DNA of 64,000 nt from Minisyncoccota bacterium (GTDB taxonomy: Bacteria; Patescibacteriota; Minisyncoccia; Phycocordibacterales; UBA918): positions 2-64,001 of the forward strand of contig JAWKSP010000001.1 of NCBI GenBank assembly GCA_041389025.1, written 5' to 3'. The notes below the pieces were generated by a model that was not told the DNA's origin, did no database searches, and saw nothing but the letters and a program-made list of their open reading frames with translations. The position numbers and the translations under genes are program-made. Positions 42,654 to 51,067 of this stretch are shown in pieces; position 1 is the stretch's first letter; each line of letters opens with the position of its first letter.

Positions 42654-44033
42654 TTAATTTTCATCATTAACCACAGAACTGGTAGCGGATCTTCCAGACA
42701 AAGCTACCTCAAAAACAGACGGACCAAGCAGAGCTGATTTAGTGTAGATATTTGATGGTGCCCAAATCATAAAACTCATTACTCCAGCATCATAACTGGC
42801 CTGTATTTGATCTCTAACTTCCTTTGGACCATAATCACCACCGTAATCAAAATCCTGAATCCAAGTTCTCAGTTTATCCGCTGTATAAACAGGTTTTCTG
42901 TAAACTGCCGGAGTACTAGTACCAACTCGTTCGTGCAAAAAACCTTTAACAGATGTAGTGGTAGCCGTCATACGCTCTACTCCTGAAGACATCGCATAAT
43001 TAACAATCTTGTACGGGTATAGATTTGGATTTCCTAAGCCTAAGAAATTCTTAGGATAATGTGACGGATAAACCATCGGAGCAATAAAATCAAAATACGG
43101 AGCCGCTCGTTCGATCACTTGCCCAATCGACAAGTCATCATGATTGGTGGTAGTCATCCCAAACAAATCAACTGATGTCCAAGGCGTGGAAGAAGACCGA
43201 CCAGTATTTTCATGACGATAAGCTGAAAATTTTTCCTCTTTATCCAGATCCTCATTTAGATACTTAAAGAAAGCCTCTAAGTTTGCCTGTTTGTCATTTG
43301 GCCACTCTGAGCCAGCAGTATGTGGAAATGAAATATCTTGCATATTACCGTCACTAGGATAACGCACATAATCAAAATTAAGTTCGTCAAAACCAATATT
43401 ATAGGAATCGACCGAAAGCTTAATTATGTAATCCCAGTATTCACTAGCCGCTACGTCGATAAAAGATAAACCTTTATGGTCTTTCCAGACAGTGTTACCA
43501 TCTAATTTCTTAACAGCTAAATGGGGGAAACGCATCGAATAAAAAGGGTCTTGAAAAACAGTTACACGACCGATGACAAAAATATCTAAATCATGCAGAT
43601 AAGAAATAAAGTCCTTCATGTCTCTAGCTCCACATCGTGCATTTTGCCAAGCTGGTAACCATTCTTCATGCTCTGGATTAAATGAAATAGTACCGGAATA
43701 ATCTTTTATATCAATAACAACACTATTTATCTCAGTTTCCTCAATCAACTTAACCACTCTTGCTCGAAAGTCCGGAGTACCAGCCACGCATGAAGTCATA
43801 TAAATAGCTTTAACTTGCGGCGGTAGTGGTACATGATTTATAACTTCTCTGGTATCAACAATCTCAGGAATCGACTCTTCTACAACAGATGCTGTTTTTT
43901 CTTCTGCTGCCATTAAATCGTTTGATTCTAATCCTCTTTGATAAGCCAAATCAGTCTTGGGAATGTAAGCATAACTAAACACGGCCGCTGTGCCGGCTAT
44001 AACAATTAAAGCTAAGCTTATGTACTTAGACAT
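42654..44033 (-). CDS. Putative glycoside hydrolase (DUF4015-like)
   Basis: VKAIYMT, VVIDIKD, FQDP, GFDELNFDYVRYP, PMVYPSHY, WIQDF. Confidence 0.85.
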   Translation of the reverse strand: MSKYISLALIVIAGTAAVFSYAYIPKTDLAYQRGLESNDLMAAEEKTASVVEESIPEIVDTREVINHVPLPPQVKAIYMTSCVAGTPDFRARVVKLIEETEINSVVIDIKDYSGTISFNPEHEEWLPAWQNARCGARDMKDFISYLHDLDIFVIGRVTVFQDPFYSMRFPHLAVKKLDGNTVWKDHKGLSFIDVAASEYWDYIIKLSVDSYNIGFDELNFDYVRYPSDGNMQDISFPHTAGSEWPNDKQANLEAFFKYLNEDLDKEEKFSAYRHENTGRSSSTPWTSVDLFGMTTTNHDDLSIGQVIERAAPYFDFIAPMVYPSHYPKNFLGLGNPNLYPYKIVNYAMSSGVERMTATTTSVKGFLHERVGTSTPAVYRKPVYTADKLRTWIQDFDYGGDYGPKEVRDQIQASYDAGVMSFMIWAPSNIYTKSALLGPSVFEVALSGRSATSSVVNDEN

Positions 44034-44038
44034 AATTA

Positions 44039-44281
44039 CTATTTTAGCTCATTTTCATCAAAGAGTTGCGGGGTTGTCTCCACAAACGAGTCTACACCTC
44101 TTTCTCCATTTCCTCGATCAATCCTAGATAGATACAAGGCACGCCTCAACATATAACCAATAATAACCAGTACTGCTCCAGCTCCGGCAATAAGGTACTG
44201 TTTCAAAACTTCAGGTAAACCAAAAAACGGTAGTACTGTCAAAAATATACCAATAATAAATACGAGAGTCTCTTTTGACAT
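44039..44281 (-). CDS. Small two-TM membrane protein
   Basis: Two hydrophobic segments; LPFFGLP..DSFVE. Confidence 0.65.
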   Translation of the reverse strand: MSKETLVFIIGIFLTVLPFFGLPEVLKQYLIAGAGAVLVIIGYMLRRALYLSRIDRGNGERGVDSFVETTPQLFDENELK

Positions 44282-44400
44282 AGGTTGTACGGTAGTATAC
44301 CGCATTAAGTGTGATATTCAAAAAACACTGAGAATTTAAGAAAAAACCAATATATAAAGATCACCCTTACCCCTTGCTCTTAATAAAAGTCATCACAATT

Positions 44401-44474
44401 TAAGTAAAGAAACGAGCGCAGCGACTATTCTGAACTTATGTCAGAATTTGTTCTGTCCTTGGGCAAATTCTGAC
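44401..44474. repeat. Double-hairpin element, copy 1 (overlaps rsmI 3' end)
   Basis: taagt..gaactta + gtcagaatttgttc-tgtcctt-gggcaaattctgac; same architecture as the four copies at 53.8-58.0 kb. Confidence 0.75.
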
Positions 44475-45144
44475 CCCCTGTTTGTAAAATTACTACAAAC
44501 TCCCCTTTTTGTTTAACCGGCTCCTCGGTCAAAATATTCAAAAGCTCAGTTGGTGTACCCACCAACATTTCCTCATGCAACTTAGTGAGTTCACGTGCTA
44601 ATACCACCTTCCCCTCAGGATTTGTTTTTACTAGTGCTTCTAAAGTTTTTAAAATACGGTGAGTAGACTCAAAAAAAATAGTTGGTTGCGGAAAGGTCGC
44701 GAGACTTTTTAAAAAAGTCTCGCCACCTTTCTTCTGTGGCACAAACCCCAGAAAAGTAAATTGATTGCCAACAATACCAGCAATTGAGAAAGCTGCCGTC
44801 ACCGCTGACGCTCCAGGTATAACATCTATTCGCGCGCCCGCTATGCGGGCGCGCGAGACCAACATCACCCCCGGATCACTCACCCCTGGCGTACCAGCAT
44901 CGCTCACAAGTGCTATATTCTTCCCCTCCCCTAAATCAGTCAAAATCGCTTCATGCACCTTCTCACTAGTATGCGCATCATAGCGCTTCATTGTCGTCTT
45001 GATATCGTAGTGCGACAAAAGTTTACCGGTCACTCGCGTATCTTCACATAAAACATAATCAACCTCACCCAAAATACGAATAGCCCGCAAGGTAATATCT
45101 TCCAGGTTTCCAATCGGTGTCGCTACTATATATAGTGTTCCCAT
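44425..45144 (-). CDS. rsmI: 16S rRNA (cytidine-1402-2'-O)-methyltransferase
   Basis: LYIVATPIGNLEDIT, CEDTR, SDAGTPGVSDPG, RELTKLHEE, KGEFV. Confidence 0.96.
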   Translation of the reverse strand: MGTLYIVATPIGNLEDITLRAIRILGEVDYVLCEDTRVTGKLLSHYDIKTTMKRYDAHTSEKVHEAILTDLGEGKNIALVSDAGTPGVSDPGVMLVSRARIAGARIDVIPGASAVTAAFSIAGIVGNQFTFLGFVPQKKGGETFLKSLATFPQPTIFFESTHRILKTLEALVKTNPEGKVVLARELTKLHEEMLVGTPTELLNILTEEPVKQKGEFVVILQTGGQNLPKDRTNSDISSE

Positions 45145-45205
45145 AACCAAGCATGGTAACAGAAAACCTAAAAAAAGAAACCGAGCGCATGCGCCCGGCA
45201 AAATT

Positions 45206-45658
45206 TCAATCCTTATTAGGATTTATTAGAGGTTTAGGTTTAAAGTAAATAGAGATATAACTTATTCCATGTTGAAAATACATCAGATCCCATTCACCAT
45301 CTTTTATCAAGTTTGGTTTCTCACACTGTTCGAAACCAAAATCATGGTTACTTTGTCCTTTGATACTTAAGGTCAACTTAAGTCCGGTTTTTGTCGCTTC
45401 AACTGCCACAAATTTACCCATCAAAATATTGTCTTCTGGAAGACCTCTTTCTTTATTCCATTTTAAAGGCAAAGTAATCTCAACCACATGTGAAGCCAGA
45501 CATTTCTCTACCAACTCCTCAGTCCAACCAATTGGTAAACTAACGAGTTTTTCTACCACTATTTCTTCTCTTAACATCCCCAAAGTTCCGCTTATAAATT
45601 TTCTAATTTTTCCTAAGACAGTATCTGCATTAGGTATATTATAAGAGATGGTAAACAT
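45206..45658 (-). CDS. Hypothetical protein (SD-led)
   Basis: GGGGGTG before ATG 45658; hairpins lie upstream. Confidence 0.6.
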   Translation of the reverse strand: MFTISYNIPNADTVLGKIRKFISGTLGMLREEIVVEKLVSLPIGWTEELVEKCLASHVVEITLPLKWNKERGLPEDNILMGKFVAVEATKTGLKLTLSIKGQSNHDFGFEQCEKPNLIKDGEWDLMYFQHGISYISIYFKPKPLINPNKD

Positions 45659-45830
45659 AAACACCCCCACTTATTTGATTTTCAAAAAAATCCGCCAACA
45701 GCAATTCTGTTGCGGACAAATAGCTTCTAAAAACTAACTATAGCATCTTTAACTAAAAAATCACAACCAAAGTTCGATATAAAATAGAACAACCGCAAAT
45801 CCGTTAGGTTTTGCGGTCAAAAATCAACCT

Positions 45831-46772
45831 TCAATCTTTTTTAAACTTAAAGGCAGGCAGAGTCAATCTGTCCAAGAACTTTTGAAACCACCATCTTTCA
45901 GATTGTAACATTAGTTTTTTTATCTCATTATTTACTTTTAACTCCTCTACTCTTTCCCTCACTCTGATGCACTCAATTAGTGATCTTATCCTGAAGGCGA
46001 GCACATACTCCACAACAATCAGTAACAAACCAACACCAACTGCCCACACACGTGTTTCTAGAGTCATCTCTACGGCAGTAGTATGGTATGTTGCAAGTGC
46101 AAAAATTATACTTGCAAAAAATACCAGTCCACCATCCCCTTTGAACACTTCATGTGAAGAAGAAAATTTCATGACTATATAGAATACAAATATGGACGCA
46201 AGTAAAGGAGTATGTACCCCAAATACCATTACCAAAATAATGTAAGCTGTCACACGATGGAAAGATTCTGCAAAAAGATTTGCAGTCACTATCACCGACG
46301 AAAGTAAGAGTAGTATAATAAATATTGGCCCTGGAGTATCCTCTGTAAAAGGATCTAATTCTATTACCTTAAACTCACCACCTGAATAAGTTAATTTATA
46401 ATAATTGACTAACTTCCAGCCCCATAAACTAGATATCACTTCCTTATAAGGACGGAGAACTCCATCTTCTCCAACTTTTTCAGCTCTAAGAAAATCACTG
46501 TCAGAAAAAACAGGATATTCTCTCTGTAACCCTTCCTTTGTCATGGAAAACCAAGTTTTCTTCCTTACCCTTGTTTCAGTTAAGTTACCATTTTCACGTA
46601 CAGTAGTGGTGATTGTTTTCAAACAATGAATATAGGCATTATTCACCACCTCAGAACAAATTTCGTCCTTTACCGTTACATTACCCTCCTCTTCGTTTGC
46701 TAATGATACAGATGAAACAAAGATAGTAATCAGAAAGAAAAAACCAAAGAATTTATTTTTAAAAGACCACAT
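45831..46772 (-). CDS. Hypothetical protein with signal peptide and multiple C-terminal TMs (SD-led)
   Basis: AAAGGAGGGTGAT before ATG 46772; SLA/NEE signal cleavage site; about 4 TMs. Confidence 0.7.
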   Translation of the reverse strand: MWSFKNKFFGFFFLITIFVSSVSLANEEEGNVTVKDEICSEVVNNAYIHCLKTITTTVRENGNLTETRVRKKTWFSMTKEGLQREYPVFSDSDFLRAEKVGEDGVLRPYKEVISSLWGWKLVNYYKLTYSGGEFKVIELDPFTEDTPGPIFIILLLLSSVIVTANLFAESFHRVTAYIILVMVFGVHTPLLASIFVFYIVMKFSSSHEVFKGDGGLVFFASIIFALATYHTTAVEMTLETRVWAVGVGLLLIVVEYVLAFRIRSLIECIRVRERVEELKVNNEIKKLMLQSERWWFQKFLDRLTLPAFKFKKD

Positions 46773-46929
46773 ATCACCCTCCTTTGGTGAAGTTAATTTC
46801 ACTCATCATAAAAGCAATATAATAGATTTATGTCAATATTGACTCAATTGTAATTCGTGCTATTGTATAAAGCAAATAAGTGTTCTTTACTTATTGATCG
46901 TTTCATTCACAACAAAAAAGGAGAGTCTT

Positions 46930-47742
46930 GTGGATATTACAAACTTTTGGATTCCTTGTATTCTGATGGGTTTTGGTATAGCAATTGATGTAACAATCGC
47001 TACTTTGGCGAAATTTCGTGATAGAGAATTATCATTAAGAACTTGGACGATACCTATTACTATTACACATATTGTATTTCCAGCAGTCGGATATTATTTC
47101 TTCTGGGGAATGAGTACATGGATGCCAGGTTTACAAACCATCTTAGGAATTACAGGCTTCCTATTGGTCGCATTATTTTTATATGAAGTATTATGTGAAT
47201 CAATGGGTAAAGAACCTGTTTTTGGCATCTCTAGTTTTGTGGCAAAACTATTTGGGCTTCAAGAAGACGATACTCGACGTTTCATTGCTATCTTAGCAGT
47301 TAGTTGGGATGCACTTTGGAGCGGACCAGCCAAAGAATCACAGGCTGAAGTTGAAAAGTGGACGAATAACGAAGTGTTTTTATCGTTTTTTATAGCAGGT
47401 ATAGCTGTAGCGGTAATTGCTCAAATAGCACTAGCAGCTGCTTATTGGTTGCGCAAAATACGCTTCCATGACCCAGAAAAGCTTTCTAGATTTACATATT
47501 GGGGTAAATACGTAGAACTCTCAGTTATTGGTGGTTTTGGTGTTTTGTCATTATGGTATGGAATCGTCGGAGGTGGTGATTTATACGTCTCAATTGCTGT
47601 AACCTTTGGCATAATGTGGTTTGTTTTCTCAAAATTCAGAGAAGAACTTATGGAAAATGAACTAACTGAAGCCAAAGATGCAGTTGAATACGAAGACAAT
47701 ACCACTGAACAAGAAGTAGTTCTGCCAAGAGAAACGTCTTGA
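46930..47742 (+). CDS. MntP/YtaF-like multi-pass membrane protein (SD-led)
   Basis: GFGIAIDV and ILAVSWDAL repeat motifs resemble MntP; AAGGAG 6 nt before GTG 46930. Confidence 0.6.
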   Translation: MDITNFWIPCILMGFGIAIDVTIATLAKFRDRELSLRTWTIPITITHIVFPAVGYYFFWGMSTWMPGLQTILGITGFLLVALFLYEVLCESMGKEPVFGISSFVAKLFGLQEDDTRRFIAILAVSWDALWSGPAKESQAEVEKWTNNEVFLSFFIAGIAVAVIAQIALAAAYWLRKIRFHDPEKLSRFTYWGKYVELSVIGGFGVLSLWYGIVGGGDLYVSIAVTFGIMWFVFSKFREELMENELTEAKDAVEYEDNTTEQEVVLPRETS

Positions 47743-47763
47743 CCTAAAATCCAAAAAGCTTAC

Positions 47764-47800
47764 AGCGGGAAATTTCTTCAGAAATTTCCCGCTTTTTTTT
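47764..47800 (+). terminator. Intrinsic terminator
   Basis: agcgggaaatttct-tc-agaaatttcccgct followed by T-tract. Confidence 0.85.
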
Positions 47801-47817
47801 ATTTTTAGTACGAGCTC

Positions 47818-47847
47818 TTGACTTTTATATTCAATCAAGGGTATAAT
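47818..47847 (+). promoter_or_regulatory. Sigma70-type promoter firing into the NYN gene 3' end
   Basis: TTGACT-18-TATAAT immediately after the upstream terminator. Confidence 0.6.
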
Positions 47848-47879
47848 TTTTACATCACGACGAGAAGGGGCCCAAACGG

Positions 47880-48404
47880 TTAACTACCTAAGGCCCCCTT
47901 TTCTTTTTCTATTTTATGTCTAATATCCTTCTTTCCCAAATCATCAAAATACTTACGGGTTATTTGTTTATATAGGGATGATGCCCTTTTTCCGTCTGGA
48001 AACAATATCTTTTCCAATTTATTTTCTTCAATTAAAAAATCAATCAACATTTTGTAATCACCATCTCCTGAAACGAGAACTATTTTGTTAAATTCCTCAG
48101 CTTTATAAAGCCTTTTCATAATTGAGAAAATAATATCAGAATCTACATTTCCTTTCTTTTTTCCAAGCATAGCTGAATTATGTTCGCGAAATACAAGAAT
48201 AAAACCTGCGCTCTGGATTTCTTCATATAGCGATTCATACTTTTGTCCATCTTGTACAAAACCCAAGTAATAATATGCTTTAGCTACATGGTACTTTTTT
48301 TCTAAATAAATTCTAAACCTAGACAAATCAACCTCCCAAGCATTGTCACAATTTTTAATTCCTAAAAATAGATTTTGACCATCCACATAAGCAATATTTT
48401 CCAT
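47880..48404 (-). CDS. NYN domain (LabA/DUF88) PIN-like nuclease
   Basis: AYVDGQNL, KGNVD, LVSGDGDY; ATG lies 7 nt after TGnTATAAT. Confidence 0.9.
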   Translation of the reverse strand: MENIAYVDGQNLFLGIKNCDNAWEVDLSRFRIYLEKKYHVAKAYYYLGFVQDGQKYESLYEEIQSAGFILVFREHNSAMLGKKKGNVDSDIIFSIMKRLYKAEEFNKIVLVSGDGDYKMLIDFLIEENKLEKILFPDGKRASSLYKQITRKYFDDLGKKDIRHKIEKEKGALGS

Positions 48405-48547
48405 GTAAAAAATTATAACAAATATTATTCCTATTTATTAACCAACCCCTCCGCCACCATCGTCGTCATGTCCCCTACCCATATATATCCAAAGAGGAAC
48501 CCTTCGTACACACGGAGGGTTCCTCTTTGGAAACTTTGGAAATACTT

Positions 48548-49132
48548 TTACCCTAAGTAATATCGTTTATACTCCACACTATCCATATTCCCCACCCCGT
48601 AACATTCAGTCAGTGAAAAATGTGGAATGTTTACATCCAAAGAAAAATCCTTTAGAGAATTCGCATAATCCAATCCTTTCTGGTACCCAGCTTCATCTAA
48701 ATCAGCAAAGGCTAGCGTGATATGTGGCTTATAGTCTTCAATTCTCGGTAGCCAAACTTCAAATCCATCAGTCACCTCACTCTTTAGTAAATCAAACAAT
48801 CCCTGCAACTCATCATTCACCTCTACTTTTAAGTAGATTACATACGGGGTTATCTTTCCTTCTATCGCTCCTTTCCAATTATCCCAACCACCAAATCCTC
48901 CGGCTTTAATCGAAAAACTTTTAGGCTTATCAGCCACCTCTTTAAATAATTTATCCGCTACCAATAGCTGTTCTTCACCTAATATTATCCCAGTACCAAC
49001 AGTGAGATGCGGTAGCCAATCCACCAAACACTTTTCTGAACCGGTTAGTTTCGATAATTCCTTTTGTATACTTCTTACCTTTTTAAAGTCCTCCTCACTT
49101 AAGTAACTAACTATGGAATAATTCTTTGTCAT
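48548..49132 (-). CDS. 2H phosphoesterase / 2'-5' RNA ligase family protein
   Basis: Two HxT motifs: PHLTV and PHITL. Confidence 0.85.
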   Translation of the reverse strand: MTKNYSIVSYLSEEDFKKVRSIQKELSKLTGSEKCLVDWLPHLTVGTGIILGEEQLLVADKLFKEVADKPKSFSIKAGGFGGWDNWKGAIEGKITPYVIYLKVEVNDELQGLFDLLKSEVTDGFEVWLPRIEDYKPHITLAFADLDEAGYQKGLDYANSLKDFSLDVNIPHFSLTECYGVGNMDSVEYKRYYLG

Positions 49133-49140
49133 AAATATCG

Positions 49141-49455
49141 TTAAGTTAAAGCTAAATATCGAAGATAATCAGACACAGAATCAAAGCCAGCTTTTACAGC
49201 CTTTTGCTCAATTTTACTTTTATCATGAGCTGATACCCGAAAACGCAGTGTCTCACTCTGTTTGGCCTTATGCTCTTTTTCAGCCAAAATAAGACTTGGT
49301 AAATCAAGCAAAAGATTTGGCACATCCTCTGACAAAAAATCCTGATTGATCTTAGCCGCTTCACAAATTACTCTCACTGTATCATTATTCTTCTTTTTTA
49401 TGATATAGCTATATTTTTTATTTTGAACTGTTATGGTAGAAGATATTTCTTTCAT
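49141..49455 (-). CDS. Putative antitoxin with C-terminal ribbon-helix-helix
   Basis: Directly downstream of HicA-like gene; TLRFRVS..KIEQKA..SVSDYLR RHH pattern. Confidence 0.65.
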   Translation of the reverse strand: MKEISSTITVQNKKYSYIIKKKNNDTVRVICEAAKINQDFLSEDVPNLLLDLPSLILAEKEHKAKQSETLRFRVSAHDKSKIEQKAVKAGFDSVSDYLRYLALT

Positions 49456-49460
49456 ATTTT

Positions 49461-49697
49461 TTACATTATTTCTCTAATAAATGATTTCGCTTGCTCCTTA
49501 TAAAAATCTTTACATTCATTATTATGTACCGGTATTATTAAATCTTTGGTTAATTTGTAGTGTTTGAACTTAACATGACTGCCTTTTGCTTGTATCTTTT
49601 CAAACTCCAAATATTCAAGAATCATAAGTAGTTGACTATACTTAACAGACTTTGGATTATTTAAAAACTTCTCAACTAACTTGTCTTTCTTAGACAT
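49461..49697 (-). CDS. hicA: HicA-family toxin
   Basis: 78 aa; KGSHVKF and IPVH motifs. Confidence 0.85.
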   Translation of the reverse strand: MSKKDKLVEKFLNNPKSVKYSQLLMILEYLEFEKIQAKGSHVKFKHYKLTKDLIIPVHNNECKDFYKEQAKSFIREIM

Positions 49698-49713
49698 TAT
49701 TATATATATTTTT

Positions 49714-49753
49714 TAATGTAGCTACATTATATATTAATGTAGCTACATGTCAA
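49714..49753 (-). promoter_or_regulatory. TA promoter with two palindromic operators
   Basis: TTGACA(49753-48)-16-TATAAT(49731-26); palindromes TAATGTAGCTACATTA (49714-29) and ATGTAGCTACAT (49737-48). Confidence 0.85.
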
Positions 49754-49755
49754 AC

Positions 49756-51066
49756 CTAATTACCTACCAACCCTTCTGCCACCTCGCTTGTCATATCACC
49801 TGCTCCCATAGTCACCACTACTCCGTTAGTTGGAGTGTTTTTTAGCACTTCCTCTATTGCCTCTTCTGGGCTGGATACAGCAGTCGCCTGACCCCCAGCC
49901 TTCTCAATAGCTTGTGACAATTTTTCACTGGAAACATCTGAGGTATTTTCTTCACGAGCAGCGTAAATAGGCAACAATATTACACAATCAGCCTTACTCA
50001 AAGCTTCCACAAAATCATCAAATAACTCACTGGTCCTAGAATATGTATGCGACTGAAAAACTACCGTTGTTTTATGTTTATTGTACAACTCTCTCGTACC
50101 GTTTATCGTCGCTAATATTTCAGTAGGATGATGTCCATAATCGTCATAAACTGGAACTCTTCCACCTTTCTCTCCCATAAAAGTACCTTTATACTCAAAT
50201 CGACGCCATGTACCAGAAAAATTTTCTAACGCTTGTTTTATAACTTCTTTATCCACACCAACAAATGTGGCGGCGGCGGACGCCGCCGCCGCATTTGTCT
50301 GATTATGAACTCCAGGTTGATGGAGCTTCAAGGACAAATCAATTTTATCTTTATAATCAATCACCTTAGCTGATATTTCTTTAAGTACTGGTAAAACCTT
50401 AGCGTCACTAGTATCAGCTATTACCACACCAGTCTCAGGTACCTTCAAAGCTAATTCACGAAAAGCCGACTGCACATCCGCCAAATCTTTATAATAATCA
50501 ACATGTTCAAATTCAACATTAGTAATCACCAGCACATCTGGTTGTAAAGACAAAAAATCTCGCTTATATTCACAGGCTTCCACCACCGCATACTTACTTT
50601 TTCCTGCTCGAAAATTACTACCGGTCTTCGCTCGTAAAGATCCGATAATAGCCGTTGGATCAAGTTCAGCTTGTTCTAAAATATCAGTAAGCATAGCGGT
50701 GGTGGTAGTCTTACCATGGGTACCTGCCACAGCAATAAGGTAATATTCATTAGCCACTGCTCCTAAAGCTTCAAAGTAACTAACTGACTCAATACCCAAC
50801 TCACGCGCTTTTAAAAGTTCAACGTACCCTTCACTTTTTTCATTAACCGCCATCGTATATACTACCAAATCAATATCTTTAGTAATATTTTCTGCTTGTT
50901 GCGGTGAAAGAACCTCTACTCCTTCATTAGCCAAAGCTTCCGTAATTTTAGATAACTCTCGATCAGAACCACTAACCTCCTTACCTTCGTGTAAGAAAAA
51001 ACGTGCTAGAGCCGACATCCCAATGCCTCCGACACCAATAAAATGTATTTTTTTAATTTCTTTCAT
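49756..51066 (-). CDS. murC: UDP-N-acetylmuramate--L-alanine ligase
   Basis: HFIGVGGIGMS, AGTHGKTTTT, EACEY, DDYGHHPTE. Confidence 0.96.
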   Translation of the reverse strand: MKEIKKIHFIGVGGIGMSALARFFLHEGKEVSGSDRELSKITEALANEGVEVLSPQQAENITKDIDLVVYTMAVNEKSEGYVELLKARELGIESVSYFEALGAVANEYYLIAVAGTHGKTTTTAMLTDILEQAELDPTAIIGSLRAKTGSNFRAGKSKYAVVEACEYKRDFLSLQPDVLVITNVEFEHVDYYKDLADVQSAFRELALKVPETGVVIADTSDAKVLPVLKEISAKVIDYKDKIDLSLKLHQPGVHNQTNAAAASAAATFVGVDKEVIKQALENFSGTWRRFEYKGTFMGEKGGRVPVYDDYGHHPTEILATINGTRELYNKHKTTVVFQSHTYSRTSELFDDFVEALSKADCVILLPIYAAREENTSDVSSEKLSQAIEKAGGQATAVSSPEEAIEEVLKNTPTNGVVVTMGAGDMTSEVAEGLVGN

Positions 51067-51067
51067 A

